From assembly GCA_963693365.1 (NCBI GenBank), contig CAVNZM010000007.1, positions 1,535,979 through 1,599,978 on the forward strand: DNA of 64,000 bases, given 5' to 3'. Source of the stretch: Amoebidium appalachense (lineage: Eukaryota; Protista; Ichthyosporea). Below are positions 12,440-64,000 of this stretch, in pieces (position 1 is the first letter of the stretch; every line of letters begins with the position of its first letter). The notes below the pieces were generated by a model. That model ran no database searches. It worked only from the letters and a program-made list of their open reading frames with translations, and had not been told where the DNA came from. The position numbers and the translations under genes were made by a program.

Positions 12440-14619
12440 TTGGATCACAAATCGACCTTGGAATGTGTGGAATGCAAGTAGCGGTTGGCAATGCATTAGG
12501 TCACAGAAATGGAACGATAGTTTCGCTTGTGTGTGAATGCTCAAAGGGTGCGGGATTGTGTTTGAGAAGTTCTCAGGGTGTTCCAAAACGGGTTGTGTTG
12601 ATTGGTGAGAGAAGAATGTTTATGTAAAGGTAGAGAAAATTGCTTTGTCAAATGATGTGTAGTGTAACGAGTATTGTGATGTGATTGCGTGACTTAAGAG
12701 TAGAGAGATCTAGAGTGTGTTGCATTATTTCTAGCTGTTCCGTATTATGTGTTTTGTTGTTGCCGAAGTGTGCTATTTATTGTGTTTGGCTTGACTTTTT
12801 TCAGCCAGGTTGGGTGTGAGGGGTATACACTGCAACACACGTACACACGTTGAAGCAGGTGGTTGGGAATGGGGGCAGAAGTACACGGTTAGCGGGAACA
12901 AAGCATGTGATGAAGACCGAAACCACCGGAGCCACTGGCGTGTACATACACGGGTGGGCCCTATATACATGACACAGTCACACTGTGTGTGTCTGCGGCG
13001 GGTGGGTGCTCTGTGGTTCGCTTGTACAGGCCTTGAACCAGGCATTAAACTTTACTCGTCCCTCTGGATTATGTATCATTTGTCATGGACAACTTGGCAA
13101 TGCGTACACTGACGATCAGACGGTCACCCAGCTATCATGCACTGCATAGATCTTCGCGATTGGAGGCCCCCTCCTTCCTCCCCCCCCCCCCCCCCCCCCC
13201 CCTGAACACCCACCCACACACACACAATTACGCCCACCTAGGCACGCATACCTACTACACTAGCTCTAGGCCCACCTTCATTCACTAATCCCACCCCGGT
13301 CTCTCCCCCTCTCAGTCTCTCTCTCTCTCTCTCCCTCCCTCTCTGCCGACAGGAGTCCCTCCCACAGGGACCCTCCCTCCCTCGGCCTTCCCTCGGCCCA
13401 TCCTCCCCGGCTCCCTACCTCTCCGGGCCGTCCCCGTCCCCCTCCCCCTCCCCTTCCGCCTCCCCCTCCCCTCCTTAGGATCCCTCTCCCTCTCCCTCTC
13501 CCTCTAGATCTCCCTCTCCCCCTCTCCATCACTCTCTCCCCCTCCCTCCCTCGATCCCCCCTCGATCCCTCCCTTCTCGATCCCTCCTTCCCTCCCTCCC
13601 AACCCCCCCCCCCCCCTCCCCCTCTCTCTCTCTCTTTCTCTCCCCAAGCTCTCTCCCTTTCTCTTCTCTCTCTAGCTCCGAGCTCTCTCTCTCTCCCGAG
13701 CTCTCTCTCTCTCTCCTCCTCCCCCCTTTCCCCTCCTCTCTTATAATTTAATTACGGGACCCCGCTAGCTCATGATCAGTGCCGCGGCCTGCATTATAAG
13801 CTGCACGACTCCCGGTAACCCGTTGAACGAGTCATCCACGCAATCGCACGGATCTGGCAGCGATGGTGGCTGCCATGCCGCAGGTTCAAGTTGGTTTTAT
13901 TCTTATTTATTGGTGCATTGCAATCAACGATAACTGAATGAAACGAGAGTTCAAGCACCCTATTCATATGGGCTCTTCGTTAGTTGGCCATGCCTTTCAT
14001 TTGGGTGGTCTCTGTGGATGGACGGGGGTGGACGGCGGGGTGTACACAAATTATGTATGAACGAGAACTTCATTCCATGTTGAATACACAAGATCTAGAT
14101 CACAATTCACCACCTATAGCTATTAGTAAAAAAAACAACCAAGGCACACATTACAGGCTTGGTCATCGCTATGCCTTATTTGATTATATTATGTGGTAAA
14201 AATTTAGTTTCAGCTATTAATCAGCTGGCGCAGTCATGGTAGTTACAACTATTATTCATGGTGTTCTGGTCTAATGATGACGTCGCAGGCTCGCAGCGAA
14301 CGACACTTTTAACCTACTCTAGGTTTGACAAAAAAACCAATAGGAAAAGTTTTTGGGCTTTTTGGAACGTTGCGTCATTTTTGTGTGATGGCGAAGTGCA
14401 CGCCGCGCGGCACTTCGAAGGCCACAATTTTTTCTTTGGCGCCGCGCTGCACGCAGGCAGAAACAGAAAACAGACTGGTATCTTAAAGTTCTTTACAGCA
14501 ATATGGTACAAGTAAGGGTGGAGCAAGACTGTTAACGCTGCAACTTTGGGATACTTGCGCACTTTTTGCCTTGATGTCGTGCGATTCACAGGGCGACTCC
14601 TATTGGATAGCCGGAACCC

Positions 14620-14660
14620 TATTGATTGGCTGACATCGTCTCCCGAAGGGTATATAAACT
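14620..14660 (+). promoter_or_regulatory. Core promoter of the fasciclin gene: inverted CCAAT box and TATA box
   Basis: ATTGG at 14625-14629 and TATATAAA at 14651-14658, about 80 nt upstream of the ATG at 14737. Confidence 0.6.
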
Positions 14661-14736
14661 CTGCCTGCGCCACCACAACACACATCACACCTCGCGATCT
14701 ACACGTCGAGTCTTGTGAGATATCTGTAAAGCGAAC

Positions 14737-15925
14737 ATGTTGAAATCGTTCCTTGTCGCCGCCCTCTGTGTGGCCACAACCTCTGCTCTGTCCATTGTTG
14801 AAATTGCAACTGCGAAGGATGCACCCTTCGTTTCTCTCGTCACCCGAGCTCCTGACGCAAGCCAACTTGACTGGAACGCTTACCGGGAAGGGGCCGTTCA
14901 CTGTGTTTGCCCCCACCGACGATGCATTCAAGAAAATCAAGGCAATTCCTCCCCCCGACACTGTGAAGAAGATTCTGCTGTCGCACGTGGTTGCTGCAAC
15001 CGTCAAGGCGGCGAACCTCAAGGACGGGCAGAACATTACAACCCTGTCAGGTGCAAAGGTGAATTAACGATGAGGCCCCCCCCCTCCCCCCTCTCCCCCC
15101 CCCCCCCTCCCCCCTCCCCCCCCCCCCCCCCCCAAATTCCCGTGCAACCCCTCCCCCCCCCCCCTCCCCCCGCCACACACACACACATGAACACAACTAA
15201 CTCGGAGTCTCCCCCTCCCTTCCTATACACACACGCGCATATATGCCGTATTACTCCCATCATGTTCTCCTGTACATGTCCCTCTCGTTACCCTCCACTG
15301 TAACCAATGCAACGTTATAGTATTTCTTTAGTTCATCCCGCTTCACCTCACATAGGCTATCGCCTAGATCTTCTAATTGGCTCTGCCTAAATATTCGATG
15401 CATGTGTCGTTGGTTTTGCTTGGCAACCCATTCATTTTTTTACACGGGATGCACATATGCATCAGTACTCTGGCATTTCTACATGCGTGTGCGCGTCTTC
15501 TTATAAAGAACTAACACAACCACCCCTGCAGGTCCCCGTATCCATCAAAAACGGTACGGTCCGCATTGGTGGCTCCAAGATTACCAAGGCTGACGTAATT
15601 GCCGACAATGATGTCATTCACATCATCGACGCAGAGACTGTGATTGTTCCCAAGGAGGTTCTCCCTGCCAACAATCCTAATACTACTATGCCCAAGCCCA
15701 ACAACACTACTACGGTAACCAGTAAGCCTAAGCCTACCCTTAACCCTGCTACTGTTGTGGATATTGCTGTAGGCAACAAAGATTTCAGCACTCTTGTCGA
15801 TTTGGTCACCAAGGCTGGCCTGGCTGGTGCTCTTGCCGACATGCACAAGCACTACACTGTGTTTGCCCCCACCAATGCTGCATTCAAGGAGCTGAAAGCC
15901 ATGCCCGAGGGGGTACGTTGCCCCG

Positions 15926-15973
<48 letters not shown>

Positions 15974-17120
15974 TTCCCCCAGCCCAGCTTTCCCCCTCCC
16001 CCGTCCCCCTCCTCCCAAAAAAAAAAAAAAAAGAAAAAAAACACAACGTTTTTTCACGTTTTGTTTTAAATTTGTGTCTAAGAAGTTCACGGACCTGTGC
16101 TAATTCACTGAGGCTGTAGAAACGGGCATTTGCTGACAATGCGCATGCGTAGGAATCATACTACTCCTAAGAAGGTATCTTTCTTGTCGCCAGTAAATAT
16201 CATTCCCATCGAGTGTCCCCCCCCCCCCCCCCCCCCCTTCCCCTCCCCCCCCCCCCCCCCCTCCGGCCTCTCCCCTCCCCCGCTTTGCTCCTCTCGGAGA
16301 TATAGAACGGTACAGAAATTAAGTTAAACACTGTGTTCCACACAGGATGCCCTCAAGAGCGTGCTGCTCTACCACGTGGCTGAAGGGTTGAAAAACCTGA
16401 GGGGGGACGGCCAGAAGATCACCACCCTTAACAGTCAGAGGGTGCGTGTTGTTCCACGTGTTGTTCCACTTGTTGTTCCACTTGTTGTTCCACGTGTTGT
16501 TCCACGTGTTGTTCCACTCCAAGTTCGGGTTGTCTTGCGATTCACTGTGTTCGGAAGATGCTTGACTCCGTGCATGTAGAGTGGGAAACGTGTTAATGAC
16601 TCGATGCTCCACCTTAATCAACCACCTCCTAAATAATAAGTGCTCTGAGAATGAAGAAACGAAGGGAAACAGTCGCATCACTCTAATTCTATCGGTGGTT
16701 CGTAGTGATGTCCGTTGTTGACAGAGCTTAGTATTCACCCAATCTTTCATCCACACACACCCTCGGAGTCCCCTCAACTCCTCTCCCCTGACCTTTCCTG
16801 CTACCTTCAATAGTCGGTGACCATTTCGCTGGAAAATACTAATACCACCTAATGAGTCTTATCCCGGAAATAATACCACCTAATGAGTCTTAGTAACCCC
16901 GGATAATACCACCTAATGAGTCTTATGTACCCCGGATATAGTACCACCTAATGAGTCTTACCCCGGATATAATACCACCTTCTTACGCATTTACTGTGTG
17001 CAGATGTCGATTTCAGGCACCCCCGGGAAGTTTAAGGTCAACAATGCCACCGTGGTGGGCATGGCAAAGGCCCGCAACGGTTACGTCTACATCATCGACA
17101 AGGTGCTCCTGCCCAAGTAA
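14737..17120 (+). CDS. Secreted protein with two FAS1 (fasciclin) domains, about 304 aa; +1 frameshift at about 14842-14845 in this assembly
   Basis: Exons 14737-15058, 15532-15912, 16346-16441, 17004-17120 (TAA). Signal-like N-terminus MLKSFLVAALCVATTSA. FAS1 H1 motifs GPFTVFAPTDDAF and HYTVFAPTNAAF; ILLSHVV and VLLYHVA; H2 motifs ADNDVIHIID and ARNGYVYIIDKVLLP. T/P/N-rich linker between domains. Exon 1 is one nucleotide out of frame at gtcacccgagctc. Confidence 0.9.
16446..16517 (+). repeat. 12-bp tandem repeat (gtgttgttccac) x 6 immediately after the donor of fasciclin exon 3
   Basis: Directly visible; explains the NNTW/NNKW and VVPR/VVPL pseudo-ORF repeats. Confidence 0.9.
16840..16986 (+). 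repeat. About 31-37-bp tandem repeat (taataccacctaatgagtctta..cccgga) x 4.5 before the acceptor of fasciclin exon 4
   Basis: Directly visible; full units contain CTAAT. Confidence 0.88.
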
Positions 17121-18391
17121 AAATAGACCGGTGCCATAAATAGACTCGGATTATATCTGTGAATATACCTCAGCAGTACATACTAATAGGCTCACGAGAT
17201 TATGATCAGGTGTATGAGCTGGTGGCTAGGGGCTCCAAATGTTCCGGCCTGGCTGTATTCCCCTAGTAGGAAATGATTTAGAAAGCTTACTCTGTAAGTG
17301 TTTTAGTTTTTAGGTTAGGTTACGCCTGTACATTAACTACACCGGCCACGCTATATTACATAGTACTGGCGTGGCCAACTATTCAATAGTAACTGGCCAC
17401 AAATAAAGCTAGCATACTGGAAACAGGTGCAAAATCACTTGAGTATTATTGTTTCTGCCCCCCTTGCCCTCGTCCCCCCCCCCCCCCCCCCCTCCCCCCT
17501 CGGCCCGACCCCCGGACCCTCCCGTTCCCGGATCTTTGTGGATGACTCCCCCCCCCCCCCCCCCCCCTCCCCACCTCTCCCACCCCTCCCACCCCCCCCC
17601 CCCCTCCCCCCCCCCCCCCCCCCCCGGGCCCTTAAGGACGGGCTCGAATCATAATCATGATCTATCATGCAAAGGAATCGTTGCTTATTATGCCTGAGTG
17701 TCTTGTGTTGCCACTTCATCTCGAATAATATGTTCTTCAAACTCTGTATGCAACATTACAACGCATATTCATACAGTTTACCATGGAAAAGACCCTTCAC
17801 ATCATCACCCCTATCATCGAGTCCACTTCCCATTTTTTCCGTGCAACTACAGTATCCCCCCCCCCTCCCCCTTTGCTGCCTGCCCTCCCGTTCTCGAGCA
17901 CCCCTTCCACTGTCTGTCCTGTCCACCTCCATGGCCAGGCCTTATATATTCGCTGTGCTGATTATAGAGTAGCACGCCCAAAATAGGAACTGATTATCAC
18001 GCATCAGTTAGAGCCATGCCAGTCGAGGTAGGTACAAGATCCCAGACCCCCCCTCCCCCCCCCCCCCCCCCAACCCCCCCCCCCCCCCCCCCCCCCCGAA
18101 GCCTCGGGGGAAAAAAAAAAGAAAAGAAGGTAGACGAAAGAATGAAAAGCGCAAATATTAATGCCTGACAGAAAGCAAGCAGACACGTGAAACAAAATTA
18201 AGAGCAAAGCACCCTGAAGAAATGGCACGCATCTCGCGCGTGCGCGCGTGCGCACGCACGCGCACACACACACACAAACACACACACACAGTTATCTGCT
18301 TGCAGTCACTGCGTCATGTGCCCTCACATAGCATGATGGTCGATGTAACAATAAAGACTTCATCAACGGACCAATATTCATAGACTAATAG

Positions 18392-18582
18392 TAACTAATA
18401 AATTAAAGAAATCTTAACCCCGATCATAATTACATAGCCGATTTTTTACACACCTTATTTGGCAGGTGGTTAAATTCAGCGTGCGGATAACTAACAAGCT
18501 AATAAAATCTTAACCCCAATCATAAACACATAGCAATTTTTTACACGCCTTATTTGGCAGGTGGTTAAATTCGGCTTGCGGA
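18392..18582. repeat. 96-bp tandem duplication
   Basis: taactaa...atcttaacccc.atcata...ccttatttggcaggtggttaaattc.gc.tgcgga starts at 18392 and again at 18488. Confidence 0.85.
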
Positions 18583-18700
18583 CCGCCAGCCCAAAAATGC
18601 CATTATCATCACTCACATCGGTACCGTGACGTGTTGTACACACACCGTGCCGGGCAATGCATGCACGTGCGCCACTTGGCACACTTCAAGTACGTGCACA

Positions 18701-18852
18701 TTAAAGGGGGCACAGCCTTTTAGGGACCCGGGCCGGGTCAGACCCGAAAGAAAATTACCCCTTATGATTGGTTAGATGCGCCTCAATCAGCATTTTGGCC
18801 TGACCCGGAAGTGACCATAAATTCAAGACGGCCTAAACGAAACACCCTTTAA
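18701..18852. mobile_element. Non-autonomous TIR element (Kolobok-like MITE), copy 1
   Basis: TTAA|AGGGGG...ttttagggacccgggccgggtcagacccgaaag...cctaaacgaaacaccct|TTAA. TTAA on both sides and AGG...CCT termini. Opposite orientation to the other copies. Confidence 0.7.
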
Positions 18853-19021
18853 ATTTTGCACAACGCACATGCATAGCCCTCCTGTCCCAACATTTGTGCG
18901 CACATCATCCGTACCTTTACCTGAACCCCAAAACCACACTCAAGCAGGTATAGCAAGGATGGATGTTCATGCCGATGATGGCGTATCTATATGTATTTTT
19001 GGGGGGGGGTCTATCATCTGC

Positions 19022-20015
19022 ATTAGAGCTCCGAGGGGGTATATCACGTGCACTAGGGGGGGAGGGTTCTATCACGATCACGTGCAGTAGGGGGGGGGGG
19101 GGGGTTATCACGTGCAGTAGGGGAGGGGGTTCTATCACGTGCAGTAGGGGCGGGGGGGGGGGGGGGGGGGAGGGGGGAGGCTAGGAAGCGGCAAACTGTT
19201 GAGGGGCCGCTGGGGGGGGGGGGGGGGGGATGAGGAAGAAAATATTTTTTTATATAATGACTTTATTGATATGCTCGTCAAAGTATAGGCAATCGAGATA
19301 TCACAGTGAAGAAGAAACACAAAAACCCCCTACTCTCGGACATGGAGGATATAATGACTTAAATAATCATTCACCCTAGAAAACTCGTGAAACATACGGT
19401 GATTCAATAAATAATCATGATCAATAGACATAACATCAGGAAAATATCGAGGGTAGGGACGAGGTGGGGAACTAAAATATTATGCACGAGGTAGGGACAG
19501 GCTTTTTTCCACACGAGGGGTACTGGGGAAACGTGCATTAGGGTGGGGGGAGGGGAAGGGGGGAGGGGGGTAGGCATGCAAACGGCAATCTGTGGAGGCG
19601 GGAGGGAGAAGCTAAAGTGAGTTAGGGGGAATAATATTGAGAGGCGGGGGGCCCGGTAGGGACTATACACGAGGTGGGGACAGATTTGTTTTTACGCAGG
19701 GGGTGATGGGGGGACGTATATGAAGAGGGGGGGGGAAGGGGGGGGGGGGGGGGGGAGGCATGAAAGCGGCATTTTTAGGGTTAAGGGGGCGGGGAGGGGG
19801 GGACGGGGGGGGGGGAGGGGGGGGGAAGCAAAGGGAGGGTGGGGAGGGAATTAGGGGAAATGATATTATTGAGGGGTGGGGCCGGGTGGGGAACTACATA
19901 TATAGGAGGTAGCTATAGAGACAGACTGATTTTTGCACGGGGGGTGATGGGGGGACGCGCATTAAGGGGGGGGGGGAGGGGGGGGGGGGGATGGCATGAA
20001 AGCGGCAATCTGTTA
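19022..20015. repeat. G-rich composite repeats: (tatcacgtgcagtag-Gn) x 4, then three larger units ending gcatgaaagcggcaatctgt
   Basis: tcacgtgc recurs at about 19024, 19078, 19108 and 19135. The block gggacag...ttttt.cacg.ggggt.atggggg.acg...gcatgaaagcggca recurs at about 19495, 19677 and 19920. Confidence 0.7.
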
Positions 20016-20893
20016 AGGACATGAGGGGGGGAGGGTCGAGGGGGAGAGGGGGCGGATGGAGGGGGAGAGAGGGGTCTATTCCGTGCATGAGGGGGTTATG
20101 TAGCACGTGCAACTGGAAAGAACCCATCACTGATTTCAAACGTGCATTACAAAGGGTCGATTATATTATGTGCAATATTAAAGGGGGTCGATGACGTGCA
20201 ATATTGGTGCCTTGCAATCAATGATATTTGAAGGCTAAAACAAAAATCAAGCACCTTTAATTTATAAAAACATAGAAATTATAGCAAAGCAATCCTACAG
20301 GTTCCTGGGATATTGCACATGCACACACACACACACACACGATAGCAAAACACAAAGATAACAGAGATTTCAGGAATCACGTATCCAACATCTGGCTTGG
20401 CACTGCCAAACTTGGAACACCACCGTGTATGGAGTTACTTGGAATACAAACTGAATATATACACAAATACAAAAATCGAAATCCTTTTTACTGAATTTTA
20501 ACTCGCTTTGCACTCATCACAGCAGAAACCAGTTCTGCGGCAATCCATCCAGTGACTAGCATGAATTTACATAGAACTCACATTCACAAAAGAAGGGTGC
20601 GCAAATCAACACTCTTATTCCCAAACGTGCAGCCGTTACCAAACATTCATACGCACAAAGTTCACAACTCTACTACAAATCGTAAATCATTCAAGCTTTT
20701 TCTCGCTGACAACCCGACAGCTTCAAACCCAGTTCAAAGCACACCTGAGAATTTCGAACCCCCCCCTCTCCCCCCCCCCCCCCACCCACACACAAAAAAA
20801 AAACAAAAAAAAACAAAAAAAAGAGAAAAAAAGGACTCTGCTTGATAATAATCTGCCTCATGAATATATACTTTGTACCCCGTAACACATTAT

Positions 20894-20932
<39 letters not shown>

Positions 20933-20970
20933 GGGGCGACGTTTCTACAAATATACCACTGAAAAAATGA

Positions 20971-47313
<26,343 letters not shown>

Positions 47314-48511
47314 GATGCTGTAGCCACGAGGGCTTACTGTGTGACCTCTAAACTAATAACTAGAACATGGTTTTACTCTCTACAAACGCGTTGATTGGGT
47401 CAGATGTTCCCTACAACCCCTTTGAGTCGGCTACATTCGGCCTGAGGTGATAACTTAGGCTGTCCATCACTTTCGGGGCACTGAACATACATTGGGGTTT
47501 AGTCTAAAACACAAGACGTAATCGCGCAACTTGTTCAGTTTATCTGCGGCAATGCTGTTTTAAAATGACGTATTTTGTCTGTAGACTTGAGATTACGTAT
47601 TCCCTCTTCCAGTTGTAGCCTATCATAGCTAGGAGGTTGAACCGTGAAGAAAAAACAACGAACAATGGTCTTCTAGCTAGAATGCGCTGTTTTATAAGCA
47701 TGTGTATTTAAATCCCTAAGCGTATATGAAACCAAGGTTGTGCTCAGCCATATATGCAAGCATAACATTAAGCATTCGAAAGCAGGAGGGCAGTTATTTT
47801 ATTTGTGTTCTACCTTTCCTACAGTAAGTGTGCTTGCGAGGTGCTTTATCTAATTAGTGGATAACCCCTTGCCAAGACTACAAACCTCTTTAGCTCGGTC
47901 ATACATTCGTGATTGGGTAAGTAAACGCACCTGAAAAATGTGAGCGTTGTGTTGTAGTTTTACCTAGCCAATCAAGTTGCGTCTAAGCTACACCTATTCT
48001 TTCCTTGGTTAACTCCCTCCCCCTGTGTGGTGCTGAAAACCACTACATCTATGCTTCGATGAAGGCTTGAGTCTAGGATGAGCTAATTTCAATATCTAAG
48101 TAGTGTTATTAAAGCTTAGTATTTTTGTCATCCGAGCCGGCTGAGATTTAAACAGAACATAACCTTGTGACTCCTAATAGACCTAGACACAGGGGCCGGA
48201 TATGGTGTCGATGGATGGGATTAGGGTAGGGAAGATGAATTTAGAATAGAGTGAGGTAAATGTTGAAGACATAAAATATACAACGCAGCGAGTTAGCTGT
48301 TAGGGGGGGGAGGGGGGGGAGGAAGGGAGGGGGGAGAACAACAGGGAGATGACACACAGCCCACACACATACAAAAGTACCCTCTCCAACTCATCAGAGG
48401 ACAGATGCCAACACAAAAAGGAGAGAGCGCATGCCAACAAAGTACCCTCGTCGAATAAAGCACTTACCCAAATAATTGCAGGTTAAGTAGCAGGTGTACG
48501 CTCGCAGCAAC
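47314..48511. promoter_or_regulatory. Putative bidirectional promoter and 5' leaders between VIRMA and VPS41
   Basis: Divergent start codons are 1.2 kb apart. The region is nearly free of simple repeats. CCAAT/ATTGG at 47394, 47912 and 47968. An acceptor-like ctcgcag lies just before the VPS41 ATG. Confidence 0.55.
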
Positions 48512-63032
<14,521 letters not shown>

Positions 63033-63387
63033 GTATATGGCCCCCGACAAAGAGACTGTTTAAAAAAAAAAAGGAAGGGGGGGGGGGGGGGGGGGGGGGG
63101 GGGGAAGAAGGGGGGGGGGGGGGGGAGGGGGGGGGGGAGGGGGGGATAGTTCCAGGTGACCTTAATTATTCTTGAGTGGTGGGCTATACTTTGTTGTATT
63201 ATGTGCACGCAACGTGATGAATAGAAGCTGTGTGGGGAAAAGGCATGTTGTGTCTTGTTTCTTTCTTCAGCTGGTAAAGAATGTTGGGGACCAATCTGGC
63301 TTGTTTAGAGGCAAGCACCCATGCACAGTTTGCACGGCTGCTGCTAGAATGTCGGCCAAGAACGGATGTGACTGTCTGCACACGCAA

Positions 63388-63510
63388 CTGTGTGCACGTG
63401 TGGCACTGTGTGCATGTGGTACTCTGTGCATGTGGTACTGTGTGCATGTGGCACTGTGTGCATGTGGTACTGTGTGCATGTGGTACTGTGTGCATGTGGC
63501 ACTGTGTGTG
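63388..63510 (+). repeat. 16-bp minisatellite (ctgtgtgcatgtggta)n
   Basis: About 7 copies; shares its core with the 23-bp minisatellite at 10827-11530. Confidence 0.85.
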
Positions 63511-63820
63511 TACAGCCTGCACATTGTACTGTGTGCGCCATATTTTCGCAAAGACACCTGCACAAACACGCTCGAATGCAAACAGGGCTTATCAGGAGCA
63601 CCACGCGCATATGTGAAGTGCCCGTAACACCCCTTAACTAACCCCGTCTCCTCCCCCCTCCCCCCTCTCCCTCCCTCCTCCCCCAACTACCACCACCACG
63701 CTTTCCCTCTCTCCCTCCCCTCCCCCTTCTTCTGCTCTCTTCCTCAACATCTCTCCCCTTTCCTCCGTCTCTCGTCCCCCCCTCCCCTCCCCTGCCTCCC
63801 CCTCCTAGGCCATCACCATC

Positions 63821-63858
<38 letters not shown>

Positions 63859-64000
63859 GCCCGATCTTCTTCCCGTGTTTTCCGTGTTTTCCTTGCTTTC
63901 CTGTATTCTCCTTTGTCCCCCTTGTTTTCCGTTCTTTCCCCTTCTTTCCCCCACGTTTTCTTCTGTATTCCCCTTTCCTCCCCTGTTTTTGTATGGTTAC

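Noticed and set aside
14830-14848. A 19-nt GT-AG micro-intron that would repair the fasciclin frameshift
   Set aside because: It is far shorter than any other intron here and would delete the conserved F-x-x-L-V-E helix residues.

Overview
Eukaryotic, intron-rich genomic DNA. The long ORFs in the supplied track are mostly artefacts of poly-C/poly-G and (CA)n/(GA)n tracts. By following GT-AG junctions and codon phase by hand I reconstructed four spliced genes. (1) An RBMS/MSSP/Shep-type two-RRM RNA-binding protein (+, 13 coding exons, 2709-12439). (2) A secreted protein with two fasciclin (FAS1) domains (+, 4 exons, 14737-17120), with a +1 frameshift in exon 1. (3) Virilizer/VIRMA, the m6A-writer scaffold (-, about 31 exons, 47313-20971, about 1900 aa), with a probable 1-nt homopolymer indel near its 3' end. 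(4) VPS41 (+, 19 exons from 48512, running off the window), head-to-head with VIRMA. Animal-like protein sequences combined with fungal-style branch-point acceptors suggest a unicellular holozoan such as an ichthyosporean; this is inference only. Non-coding DNA holds a TTAA-flanked Kolobok-like MITE family (4 copies plus 1 partial), a 183-bp fold-back element, and many mini- and microsatellites. The most unusual pattern is that tandem duplications are repeatedly anchored on splice sites. Exon ends plus donor, or branch point plus acceptor, are copied into the adjacent intron in all four genes, and several copies preserve the reading frame. Family assignments rest on remembered motifs, not database searches.
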